NCBI GenBank assembly: GCA_054661495.1
Contig: BAAFSQ010000206.1
Span: 1 to 17,612 of the forward strand
Direction: 5' to 3'
DNA from: Zygophlyctis sp. KS116
Lineage: Eukaryota; Fungi; Chytridiomycota
DNA: 17,612 nucleotides
Shown: positions 1 through 8,030 of the stretch, piece after piece
Position numbering within the stretch: position 1 is the first letter of the stretch
Layout: every line of letters starts with the position of its first letter
Notes under the pieces: model-generated
What the model saw: the letters and a program-made list of their open reading frames with translations, nothing else
Told to the model about the DNA's origin: nothing
The model's database searches: none
Program-made: the position numbers and the translations under genes

Positions 1-369
1 CTTTTAAATCGATGCGATACGTATTAATAGAATCAAAAAAACTAAGGAGCCGATAGTTGCAGCTACGATCCCTGAAAGTAATTAATCAATATGCTTGAGT
101 GCTTGATCGTAATTTAGTGTCAGTCTATGCTACATATGAGCCCACGAACATACCGCAAAACTACGTTACAATTTCAAACCCATGATCAAACGACGAGCTA
201 CAAACAGGGTTTTTATTTCGTACATCTTATACTAAAAAATTATGACAACCAGCTCATACCGGAACGTTTTACCTATTTCTGTCAGTAGATGTCGCTGTAT
301 GCAGGCTGATCATGGGCAGAGGGTCAAAAGAATAAAAATAAATTTTAAATGAAAAGTATTTTATTGACT

Positions 370-1236
370 CTATCCAAAGGATACATCTGCATCAAAACTT
401 TCTGTTGGAATACCATCGATCCCACCATATTTTGGATAGTGCTGTCGAACCTTAAAGTATGATAAGACTCCAAACAGAATGAAGTAAATGACACTGGCTG
501 CAGCAATCCATTTACCAACAACTTTGAATTTCTGGATCAAACTCTTGGAAGCTTGTTTAGGAATTGGTGTATTATCTGTTTCTGGTTTTGGAATTTGCAA
601 ATCTGGATCAGAATTGGCTAAATTAGGTGTGCTGGCATCATGGCCAAGTCCAGCAGGTTTAGAATCAGTAGCTGACTTTGCAATAGTTTCTCCAGCAGAT
701 GATGATGCAGCCTGAGAAATATCATCAGAAGCCCCTTTAGCACCACGAATTACACCTTCAACTCCTTCTTTTGCGGCTTGCACAAACGTTCTACGACCAA
801 GAGAATTATAGTCACTTGTCACCTCTTCCCATGCATCTGCCAGCTTATTTTGCATGCTTTTGACTTCATTCTCATCCACTGATCTCTTATAGAATCCACC
901 CCGGTTATGGAATCCACCACGATTGTGGAACCCACCACGTCCGTAACATCCAGATCGAACAATTCCATAAGCTCTGGGATAAAACTGATTCATTGCAGGA
1001 GTATAGTACCCATAATAGTTTCTCTTGGATAAATTCTGATGATGGTCGTTATTAGGATTGATTTGATTTTCAACTTGTTTGATTTGGCTTTCAATAGCAA
1101 GCATTACTTGCTTTACTGCGATATGGATCTGCTTTTCTTTCTGCTCATCTGTTATGACTCCAGATTCTTTATCAGATGCCTGACTAGCAATTACAAAAGC
1201 AAGAAAGAAGTTGATCAATAAGATTGAGAGTTGCAT
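370..1236 (-). CDS. Secreted/membrane-anchored hypothetical protein with dibasic (Kex2-like) sites and RGGFHN repeats, 288 aa
   Basis: Uninterrupted ORF. N-terminal hydrophobic signal (MQLSILLINFFLAFVIASQA), KR at aa 71-72 and 117-118, RR further on, Gly/Tyr/Arg-rich segment between the KR sites, C-terminal hydrophobic helix (WIAAASVIYFILFGVLSYF). Confidence 0.8.
   Translation of the reverse strand: MQLSILLINFFLAFVIASQASDKESGVITDEQKEKQIHIAVKQVMLAIESQIKQVENQINPNNDHHQNLSKRNYYGYYTPAMNQFYPRAYGIVRSGCYGRGGFHNRGGFHNRGGFYKRSVDENEVKSMQNKLADAWEEVTSDYNSLGRRTFVQAAKEGVEGVIRGAKGASDDISQAASSSAGETIAKSATDSKPAGLGHDASTPNLANSDPDLQIPKPETDNTPIPKQASKSLIQKFKVVGKWIAAASVIYFILFGVLSYFKVRQHYPKYGGIDGIPTESFDADVSFG
889..939 (-). 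repeat. Degenerate 18-nt coding tandem repeat, about 3 copies (RGGFHN RGGFHN RGGFY)
   Basis: Minus strand reads CGTGGTGGGTTCCACAAT / CGTGGTGGATTCCATAAC / CGGGGTGGATTCTAT. Confidence 0.9.
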
Positions 1237-1460
1237 TATTTTTTAAATGTATATGTTACAAACGAACCGGCTTTTTAAGTCAACATATGAAACATCAAAT
1301 TTTGCGTTTCGGGGTGAACCAAGTAAAATTTTCTACCTGATCAAACACTATCTTAAAACATTCTAGACATCATTGGCTGATCATGTTGAGAATTGGTCAT
1401 ACTTAATTCACAATGTGTTTCATGCTTCGATTTTAGAAAAAAAGATCAATCAATAACCAT

Positions 1461-1937
1461 TTATTGTTTTAAAAATTCCCATTTGGGTATCACAGTTGCT
1501 TGACCAACATTTACCCCTGAATCATCCTTTAAAGTCCAAACCAACGCATCTTCAATCCTAAATCTTTTTCCGTCCGATGAGATTCTTATTCCATTATAAT
1601 TTGAGATATATCCATTCCTTTGAGCTTCTCTTAACATATCACTTCTTTCTTGTCGATTCTCCTTCTCTGCAGAATATCGTGAAGGAAGACCGATTAACTG
1701 ATCTTGTTTATATGAAAATAATTGACATGCTGCATTGTTTGCAAAAGTGAATACTGGATCATGAGTTGAACAAGGAGTTCCTGAATGACAAAGAACAGGA
1801 TATTTCCAAGTTTCAATTAAAGCCAACCGATCAGTCGACCGACTTAATTCCTTTGCGATCACAGAGTGGATCCCAGGAAGAGAAGAGGCTAGAGAAATAT
1901 AACTTGATATGATATATTTCTTGATCATAAAATTCAT
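1461..1937 (-). CDS. Stand-alone MEKHLA (PAS-like) domain protein, 158 aa
   Basis: Motifs DPVFTFANNAACQLF, LIGLPSRYSAE, ERSDML, GYISNYNGIRISSDGKRFRIEDALVW and GQAT..W follow the MEKHLA family pattern (DP.F.Y.N.AA..LF; LPSR.SAE; G....Y.G.RIS..G.RF.I....VW). Confidence 0.9.
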   Translation of the reverse strand: MNFMIKKYIISSYISLASSLPGIHSVIAKELSRSTDRLALIETWKYPVLCHSGTPCSTHDPVFTFANNAACQLFSYKQDQLIGLPSRYSAEKENRQERSDMLREAQRNGYISNYNGIRISSDGKRFRIEDALVWTLKDDSGVNVGQATVIPKWEFLKQ

Positions 1938-1949
1938 TTAAATTTAAAT

Positions 1950-2615
1950 TTATATTGCTTTGAAAAGGTAAATGTTTGGAACACCATCATCAACTAGAGA
2001 GATTCCAAGATCTGATGCATCTAATAAATGTTCAACTTCTGGGCTAATAGGTATTAGATGTGATTTAATTTGATTTGGTTCCCTTTTTTTATACTTGACT
2101 CTACATTTTCTTATTACTACGTGAGTTGGGTTAATAGAGACTGTGAAACTTGTAAATGTTGGTTCAGAGATGGTTTTAGAAGGAATTGAGATTTCAGTGG
2201 GATCAGATTTTGATATTGAAGAAATACTAGTTTCAGTTGTGGAAGATGGTTTTAGAGTTTTACTAGTCACTGGGACTATTGATGAAGAAATAATTTGTGT
2301 CGATGATATAATGGGTAAATCAGTAGTCTTTGAAGATGGGATTTTACTAGGCGCAGTAATATCAACTGTAGAAGTGATCTTTTTAGATATACTGGTTACC
2401 AGAGACTTTGGCGATGTAGAACTGATATGGCTTGTAGAACTGATATGGCTTGTAGAGCTGATATGGCTTGTAGAACTGATATGGCTTGTAGAACTGACGG
2501 TCATAGTCGAGCTATCATGTTCATTTAAGACTTGTTCTATCCCCAGGAACCTCCTGTTCATTGGACTGCCATAGGAGAGTTGAGATAGTAATATAATGAA
2601 GATTGTATATATCAT
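1950..2615 (-). CDS. Secreted Ser/Thr-rich (mucin-like) hypothetical protein, 221 aa
   Basis: Signal peptide (MIYTIFIILLSQLSYG), SPMNRR pro-segment, long S/T-rich tract with SSTSHI repeats, basic RKCRVKYKKR motif. Confidence 0.75.
   Translation of the reverse strand: MIYTIFIILLSQLSYGSPMNRRFLGIEQVLNEHDSSTMTVSSTSHISSTSHISSTSHISSTSHISSTSPKSLVTSISKKITSTVDITAPSKIPSSKTTDLPIISSTQIISSSIVPVTSKTLKPSSTTETSISSISKSDPTEISIPSKTISEPTFTSFTVSINPTHVVIRKCRVKYKKREPNQIKSHLIPISPEVEHLLDASDLGISLVDDGVPNIYLFKAI
2415..2497. repeat. 18-nt tandem repeat TGTAGAACTGATATGGCT x4.6 (encodes SSTSHI on the minus strand)
   Basis: Units start at 2415, 2433, 2451 (one A>G change), 2469, and a partial unit at 2487. Confidence 0.97.
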
Positions 2616-2694
2616 TTATTTAAAGTCTTGGCGGTCATTGCGGCCAATAAGATTAATTGCGGCATACGAAATCTTTACTCACCTAATACTGTCA
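2616..2694. promoter_or_regulatory. Putative 79-nt bidirectional promoter with TTGGCGG, 2x TTGCGGC and a CCAAT
   Basis: Divergent ATGs at 2615 (-) and 2695 (+); GC-containing motifs clustered in an AT-rich background. Confidence 0.45.
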
Positions 2695-3698
2695 ATGGAC
2701 GCTGATGACTTTCCAAGACATTTGGCAAGAGAACTCAAAGGGCATAGTAAGAGACATTAATTAAAAATTTAGACGGTCCTGTTCATGCATTGATTTATTC
2801 TAGAGATGGGCAATACGTATTATCAGCTTCAGCAGATAGATCAATAAAACTTTGGAATCCTTCTTCTGGTCTTTGTATAAAGACTTATAATGGTCATGGT
2901 AAAGATGTGATGGGGATCGCACTGCCATTGTCTGCTGCTGATAATACAAGATTTGTTAGCTGTTCAATTGATCGTGCAGTTATAATGTGGGATGTTGTTT
3001 CTGGAAAACCTATCAGAAGATTCTCTGGGCATCAAGCTAGAGTTAATGCAGTGGATTTAAATGAAGATTCAAGTGTTATTGCATCAGGATCTTATGATTC
3101 TTCAGTAAGGCTTTGGGACTGTAAGTCTCAAAATAGAGCGCCAATTCAGATTTTGGAAGATGCAAAAGATTCTATTGAATGTATTAATATTTCAAAACAT
3201 GAAATTATGACAAGGTGCTTTTTGTTTTGACTGATTATTAGCTCAGTTGATGGATGTGTGAGGAGATATGATGTAAGAAAAGGATTACTTACGACTGATA
3301 TTATATCTTATCCTGTAACTTCTGCTTGTTTTTCTAATGATCAAAACTGTATGTTAGTGTCTAGTATGGATAGTAGAATAAGGCTTTTAGATAAGGCGAA
3401 TGGACAGCTTTTGGCGGAATTTAAAGGACATTCAAATACTCAATTTAGAATTACTAATTGTTTTGGTGATAATGATTCTTATGTTATTGGAGGAAGTGAA
3501 GATGGGAATGTATATGTTTGGGATCTTTTAGAAGGTACTGTAGTCGCTAATCTTGAAAATCATGAAAAATCCATCACAACTGTACAACACAATCCAAAAA
3601 GAAAAGAGTTTATATCTGGTTCTCTAGATGGTAAAATTGGAGTTTGGGTTGATGATAACTTGTTTGCACAGCATATGGAAACTACAAAGCCAGAATAA
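2695..3698 (+). CDS. WDR83: WD40-repeat protein WDR83/MORG1; exons 2695-2746, 2773-3214, 3242-3698; 316 aa
   Basis: Splicing 26- and 27-nt GT-AG introns yields ELKGHNGPVHALIYS and EIMTSSVDGCVRRYDVRKG. Motifs IKLWNP..G.CIKTY.GH, SGSYD.SVRLWDCKS and APIQIL.DAKDSI match WDR83. Confidence 0.9.
2747..2772 (+). other. Spliceosomal intron, 26 nt
   Basis: gtaagagacattaattaaaaatttag; removal restores the frame. Confidence 0.85.
3215..3241 (+). other. Spliceosomal intron, 27 nt (weak GTGCTT donor)
   Basis: gtgctttttgttttgactgattattag; contains in-frame TGA; removal restores SVDG.VRRYD. Confidence 0.85.
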
Positions 3699-3720
3699 AT
3701 AATAAATTCAATCAATTCAA

Positions 3721-5127
3721 TTATAATAATTTTATTCTGCGACCAATCCAAAGTACGAGTGTACAGAAAAACAACATACAAACTAGGATACCAAAAAACC
3801 ACCTTAATGAATTTTCTTCTTGTCCAGGAACTTTAACATTCATTCCCCATAACCCTGTCACGACATTTAACGGCACTAAAATAGATGCAACAGCCGTCAT
3901 TTTTAAAACAATATCTGAAGAGCGATTACTAGCCTGAGTAATTTCAATTGAAATTTGTGCTAAATAGTTTGAATGTGCTCTTGCAAGTGTTTTTTCATAG
4001 TTTTGTAAATTTTGAACCATTGAAATTACATGATCCTGAATATCACTTAAATAAAACCTGGTATCACTTTCAAATTCCATTTTTTCTATACATCGATTTA
4101 TAACAACCTTTAACACATCTGATTTAGTATTTAGTAATTTAGTTAATTGTAAAACCTTTTTCCGTGCTTGTCCGATTCTTAAAAGCATATTTGATTGTTC
4201 TGATTCCTTCAAGATTAATACCAAATCATCTATAGATTCTACTTCAATATCAATTGCTGAAATCACTGGTATAAAAGAATCTGTAATATCATCAATTAAT
4301 GCATAATTAATCCAATCTGGTGTAATATCTAATCCATAAATTCGTAATTGATCAATTCTACGTAATACATTAGAGGTATGAGTTAATGCATGAAAGTGAA
4401 ACTATAATCAGACATAACAAAAATACTGATAAAACACATTCTTTAAATATAATCAGATAAAAATTAATCCCCTTCATATAAGACATTCCCAACAAGTTTG
4501 GATCAAATGTTGCTATACTAACCATCAGGAATTTAGAAATTTACGTAACAAAATAGTAATTTGGAAAAACCTCACATTTTTCCCTCGTATCAGCAGTTTG
4601 AATATCTTCAATAGTTAACGGATGAATCCCAAAAATCTAAAATATCAGAATTTCTAGAGAAATACCCTTCCTAATAGATTCATTTCACAACTTGTCGGCA
4701 TGTTTATATCTAACCAAAAAGTAACTCCAGAGAGTAAACTACCAGGATCTCTATCAAACGGCAATGTTTCAAAAGTGGAAGATTTTAATAGCCCAGTTCT
4801 TTCTGAATAAAACAAGAATCGTTTCGGTAAATCATAGATTTGTGCGCCTAATAAACATTTTCCCCATAATTCAAAATCTATTGGAATAGACAACTTTTGT
4901 CCTTCAGACTCTGATTGATTTAATTCTTCAGAGATTGCATTATCAGGCGATTTGATCAAGTGCTCAGTCTTTTGATCTATAGAGTCTCCTCTAAATCGCT
5001 TATAAAATGAAGACTTTGGGGATAAGATCTGAGGAGCAAGTTCGCCATTCAACGAGTGAATTGAAAGAGAGTCCGAACCGATTGATTTTTGAGACGATTT
5101 GTGTAACAGTCGATCTGTTTCATCCAT
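3721..5127 (-). CDS. ALR1/MNR2: CorA-family Mg2+ transporter, fungal ALR/MNR2 type; exons 5127-4666, 4636-4545, 4517-4427, 4401-3721; 441 aa
   Basis: Spliced product contains FWLDI, IFGIHPLTIEDI, REKCEVF.NYYFV, SFHF, DWINYALIDDITDSF, HSNYLAQISI, the GMN signature (GLWGMNVKVPG) and two C-terminal TM helices. Family-level call; ALR versus MNR2 not resolved. Confidence 0.92.
4402..4426 (-). other. Spliceosomal intron, 25 nt
   Basis: Minus strand gtatttttgttatgtctgattatag; joins CVLS|FHF. Confidence 0.88.
4518..4544 (-). other. Spliceosomal intron, 27 nt
   Basis: Minus strand gtaaatttctaaattcctgatggttag; in-frame TAA; joins YYFVT|IATFD. Confidence 0.88.
4637..4665 (-). other. Spliceosomal intron, 29 nt
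   Basis: Minus strand gtatttctctagaaattctgatattttag; joins LLGR|IFGIHPLT. Confidence 0.9.
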
Positions 5128-5164
5128 TGCAAGAGCGCAAAACTAACACTTGACTTTGCGGCGT
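5128..5164. promoter_or_regulatory. Putative 37-nt bidirectional promoter/5' region between the Mg transporter and dioxygenase start codons
   Basis: Divergent ATGs at 5127 (-) and 5165 (+). Contains TTGCGGC, also seen twice in the 2616-2694 divergent spacer. Confidence 0.45.
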
Positions 5165-6174
5165 ATGATCCACCAACCATGCAAGATCCCTATTATTGAT
5201 ATTCATCCATTTATGCAATCATCTTCAGAGGCTGAAAAGGTGGCTGTTGCGAATGATGTTCAAGACGCTTGTACAAACTTTGGATTCTTTTATGTGGTTG
5301 GACATGGAATTCCTCAAGAAACAATTCAAGGGATCAGACAATCTGGTCAAGAGTTTTTTGAATGCGCAATGGAAGAAAAGATGAAGATTGCTATTGATAA
5401 AGGAGATTATGCACGAGGATATCAAATGATTGTAAGTTTTAAGTTTTGATTTTAAAGGGACAAAATGTTACATTGTATAAAAATGATTGGCATGAGGCTT
5501 TGGATTACTATGCTCCTGTAGATCATAATCATACTATTACTAAACGAGGAATTTCAGTTTTATCAGGAGAAAATCCGTATCCAGAATGTCCAGAGGGGTT
5601 TTCTCGGGTTTTAGAGTCTTATGTTAAAGATATGGAGAAATTAGGACAAGCAATCATGAATGCAATTGCTCTTAGTTTAGGATTAAAACAAGAGTATTTT
5701 GATCAATTTATGACTGATCCTTTTTGGGTTATTAGGCTTATAGGATATCCACCACTTCCTAATGATCATGATGGGGTAAGTTGTGGTCAACATACTGATT
5801 ATGGATGTTTAACTATTTTAAATACAGATGATACTAGGGATGCTTTACAGGTTTTGTCAAAGGAAGGAGAATGGATAACTGTAAATCCGATTCCTGGTGC
5901 ATTTGTAATTAATATTGGGGATATGGTAAATAATTGGACAAATGATTTATATTCTGCAACTTTACATCGTGTAATTCATAAGAATACAAATTACAGGATT
6001 TCTGTTCCATTCTTTTATGTATTTTAGATTATATTAAATATTTAGGAACCTAATTTTGATGCAATTATATCTCCCATCCCAGAATTATGTCAGGGTTCTC
6101 CAAAATATGAACCAGTTATGTATGGGGATCACTTGTTGAGTAAAGTTTCAAATAATTTCTCAAATAAAAAATAA
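5165..6174 (+). CDS. Fe(II)/2-oxoglutarate dioxygenase (IPNS/DIOX family, DIN11-like); exons 5165-5431, 5458-6018, 6046-6174; 318 aa
   Basis: IPIIDI, GFFYVVGHGI, RGYQMIGQNVT (across the intron), DWHEALD, HTDYG (HxD), distal LHRV and RISVPFFYEPNFD (RxS, across the intron). First in-frame ATG is at 5165. Confidence 0.92.
5432..5457 (+). other. Spliceosomal intron, 26 nt (AAG acceptor)
   Basis: gtaagttttaagttttgattttaaag; joins RGYQMI|GQNVT. Confidence 0.88.
6019..6045 (+). other. Spliceosomal intron, 27 nt
   Basis: gtattttagattatattaaatatttag; joins PFFY|EPNFD. Confidence 0.92.
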
Positions 6175-6182
6175 GTTCAAAT

Positions 6183-8030
6183 TTACTTTGTTTTTGAATA
6201 ACCAACATGTAGTAGATCAATACTTTTCACGGCACCATTAGGATCTTTTTCAACTTTGAAGCCAATCTCAAATTTGACACTTAAAACTAACTGGTCATTG
6301 AGGTCTAGTTGAGATCCACTGTTTCTCTTGGAACCTTTTCCTGATTCCGGAGTTGCGGCGTTTGGTGAGTCTATCGATGATTTCATAGAACTATTTTTCA
6401 CTTTCCAAAGAGGAAGAGCATCAAAACTGGCTGAAATTTCTACACTAGAATAAGAACTGTCATCTGAGACCGAATCCTGAGATTTTGGGAGTTCTGGAGC
6501 TGAAATATTTTTAGTATCTTCAGTAACCGAGCTTCGAGTAATTTGTATTGCGGGACTAAATGCGTCTGGAAGATCTGCAAACGATTCATTTTGCGGTGAA
6601 GACAATTTTTCATTTGAGAGAGAATTTTGTAGAGTTAACGATTCTAATTTGTTGAGAGCTTTATCATATAGTTCTTCTTTTGCAACTCCTTCCAAAGAGC
6701 TGCCTCTAAAAAGAGTCACTGCTTTGTATATTGTTACAACTAGCACGAGGACACCTTCTACTTCGAAAGTAGGTTGATCTGGTTCCATACCCATATCTTT
6801 AAGCATTTCATAAAGAGCAGGTAAAAACAATTCTTCAATTGGTATAGTAAATAGTAATCCAATCTGTTCGAATTGCTCTTTTGAATCAAAAGACTCTACC
6901 AAAGAAGTCTTTAAAGTTTCAATTGGATTAGATTTGAGTAACATATTCAAAACACCAGAATCCATCAAATCGGCCGAAACGCTTTTTTTTGAATCCCAGT
7001 CATCAAAGTAAAGATGAATATCTGTTTTAAGAAAATGCGACTCATCAGATGAGGGGAGAATGTTTTGAGAATTTGCAATTACCAGGACCCCTTTCAAATC
7101 TGGAGAGTATCTTGATATATTAAACGATTGAATGGAAACATTTACTGCATTTAAGGCTACATTTTGAGGTATAGGCCCTAAAAGATGGATTGCATGATGT
7201 GTTATATCTATTTCTTTTTTTGGATTTATGGTATCATCATCTTCAGCTGAAATCATAAGATTAAATGCTGGAACTTCTTCTGATTCTTCGTCTTCGATCG
7301 TTTCATCATTTTCTTCATCCGCTGCAGATTCACCAGCTGCAATAGCTGCGGCACGGAGCAACGCCTTTTTCAGTTTATATTCTTCTTTTCCTCTTTTATG
7401 GTACGGAATTTCACCTTTACCACATTCATGTGTATTGACTGGAACTGATTCAAGTTTACCAGTTGGCAATAATCTCTCTACATTTTCTGAAAACGATACT
7501 ACTCTCCTTACTCTCCCATCCTTGCAGACTTTTGGAGCTTTTGGTCCCAATCCTTTTGGCTTCTTTTTCTTTTTATCTTTTTTCTCTTCAGGTGTTGAGA
7601 TTGTCGTTGATCCTGTAACCGATCCTGCAACTGACTGTTGATTAGCGATTGGTAAAGGAATTTGAACAGATTCAATAGAATTCGTTCCATGAACTTTTTT
7701 CTGAAATTCCATCATACTAGCCTCACTTAAACTTGATACATCTACTGATTTTCTACGATGTTTTGATGATTTTGGCACTTCTAGCGATGTAGATTTTTCA
7801 GTTTTGAGAGTATCAATTGAACTTTTCTTTCCCATAAATGGAGATCTATCTTCAGAAGAAGAGCCTTCGTCCGATTTTTTTATCTCCTTTCTTAATTTTG
7901 AAATTTTGTTCCTTTCAGCAACAGGAGATTCAAATGATCCAGTGGATGAATTACCAACAGCCATCATATCTTTAAGACTCTTTTTAGAATCTGATGAGCT
8001 GCTATGATCCTTTTGCCAGGGCAGTCTCAT
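6183..8030 (-). CDS. Hypothetical protein, 615 aa; possible PP1 glycogen-targeting subunit (RVxF plus degenerate CBM21)
   Basis: Long ORF with a disordered Ser/Lys-rich N-terminus. RRVVSFSENVE fits RVxF; NVSIQSF...LKGVLVIAN...IHLYFDDWDSKKSVSA resembles CBM21 strands. The CDS is well supported; the function is tentative. Confidence 0.7.
   Translation of the reverse strand: MRLPWQKDHSSSSDSKKSLKDMMAVGNSSTGSFESPVAERNKISKLRKEIKKSDEGSSSEDRSPFMGKKSSIDTLKTEKSTSLEVPKSSKHRRKSVDVSSLSEASMMEFQKKVHGTNSIESVQIPLPIANQQSVAGSVTGSTTISTPEEKKDKKKKKPKGLGPKAPKVCKDGRVRRVVSFSENVERLLPTGKLESVPVNTHECGKGEIPYHKRGKEEYKLKKALLRAAAIAAGESAADEENDETIEDEESEEVPAFNLMISAEDDDTINPKKEIDITHHAIHLLGPIPQNVALNAVNVSIQSFNISRYSPDLKGVLVIANSQNILPSSDESHFLKTDIHLYFDDWDSKKSVSADLMDSGVLNMLLKSNPIETLKTSLVESFDSKEQFEQIGLLFTIPIEELFLPALYEMLKDMGMEPDQPTFEVEGVLVLVVTIYKAVTLFRGSSLEGVAKEELYDKALNKLESLTLQNSLSNEKLSSPQNESFADLPDAFSPAIQITRSSVTEDTKNISAPELPKSQDSVSDDSSYSSVEISASFDALPLWKVKNSSMKSSIDSPNAATPESGKGSKRNSGSQLDLNDQLVLSVKFEIGFKVEKDPNGAVKSIDLLHVGYSKTK

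Noticed and set aside
1-369. Non-coding left end as an ncRNA or transposon end
   Set aside because: No tRNA cloverleaf, snRNA motif, terminal inverted repeat or transposase fragment recognised; a covariance-model search would be needed.
488-1221. + strand ORFs 488..715 and 1039..1221
   Set aside because: Antisense shadows of the 370..1236 gene with no recognisable motifs.
2415-2497. Tandem repeat as a CRISPR array
   Set aside because: Head-to-tail units with no spacers, located within a eukaryotic CDS.
2143-2574. 143-aa + strand ORF with VELIWL repeats
   Set aside because: Antisense reading of the SSTSHI minisatellite; GTG start; the minus-strand ORF has the signal peptide.
370-6174. Peptide precursor plus dioxygenase plus transporter as a RiPP biosynthetic cluster
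   Set aside because: No DUF3328/UstY-type oxidase or peptidase seen; the intervening genes are housekeeping (WDR83, Mg transporter).
6720-6754. Possible stopless in-frame intron in the 615-aa gene (minus strand gtgtcctc...caaag, encoding VLVLVVTIYK)
   Set aside because: Weak donor, higher GC than the confirmed introns and no frame break; cannot be supported without RNA-seq.
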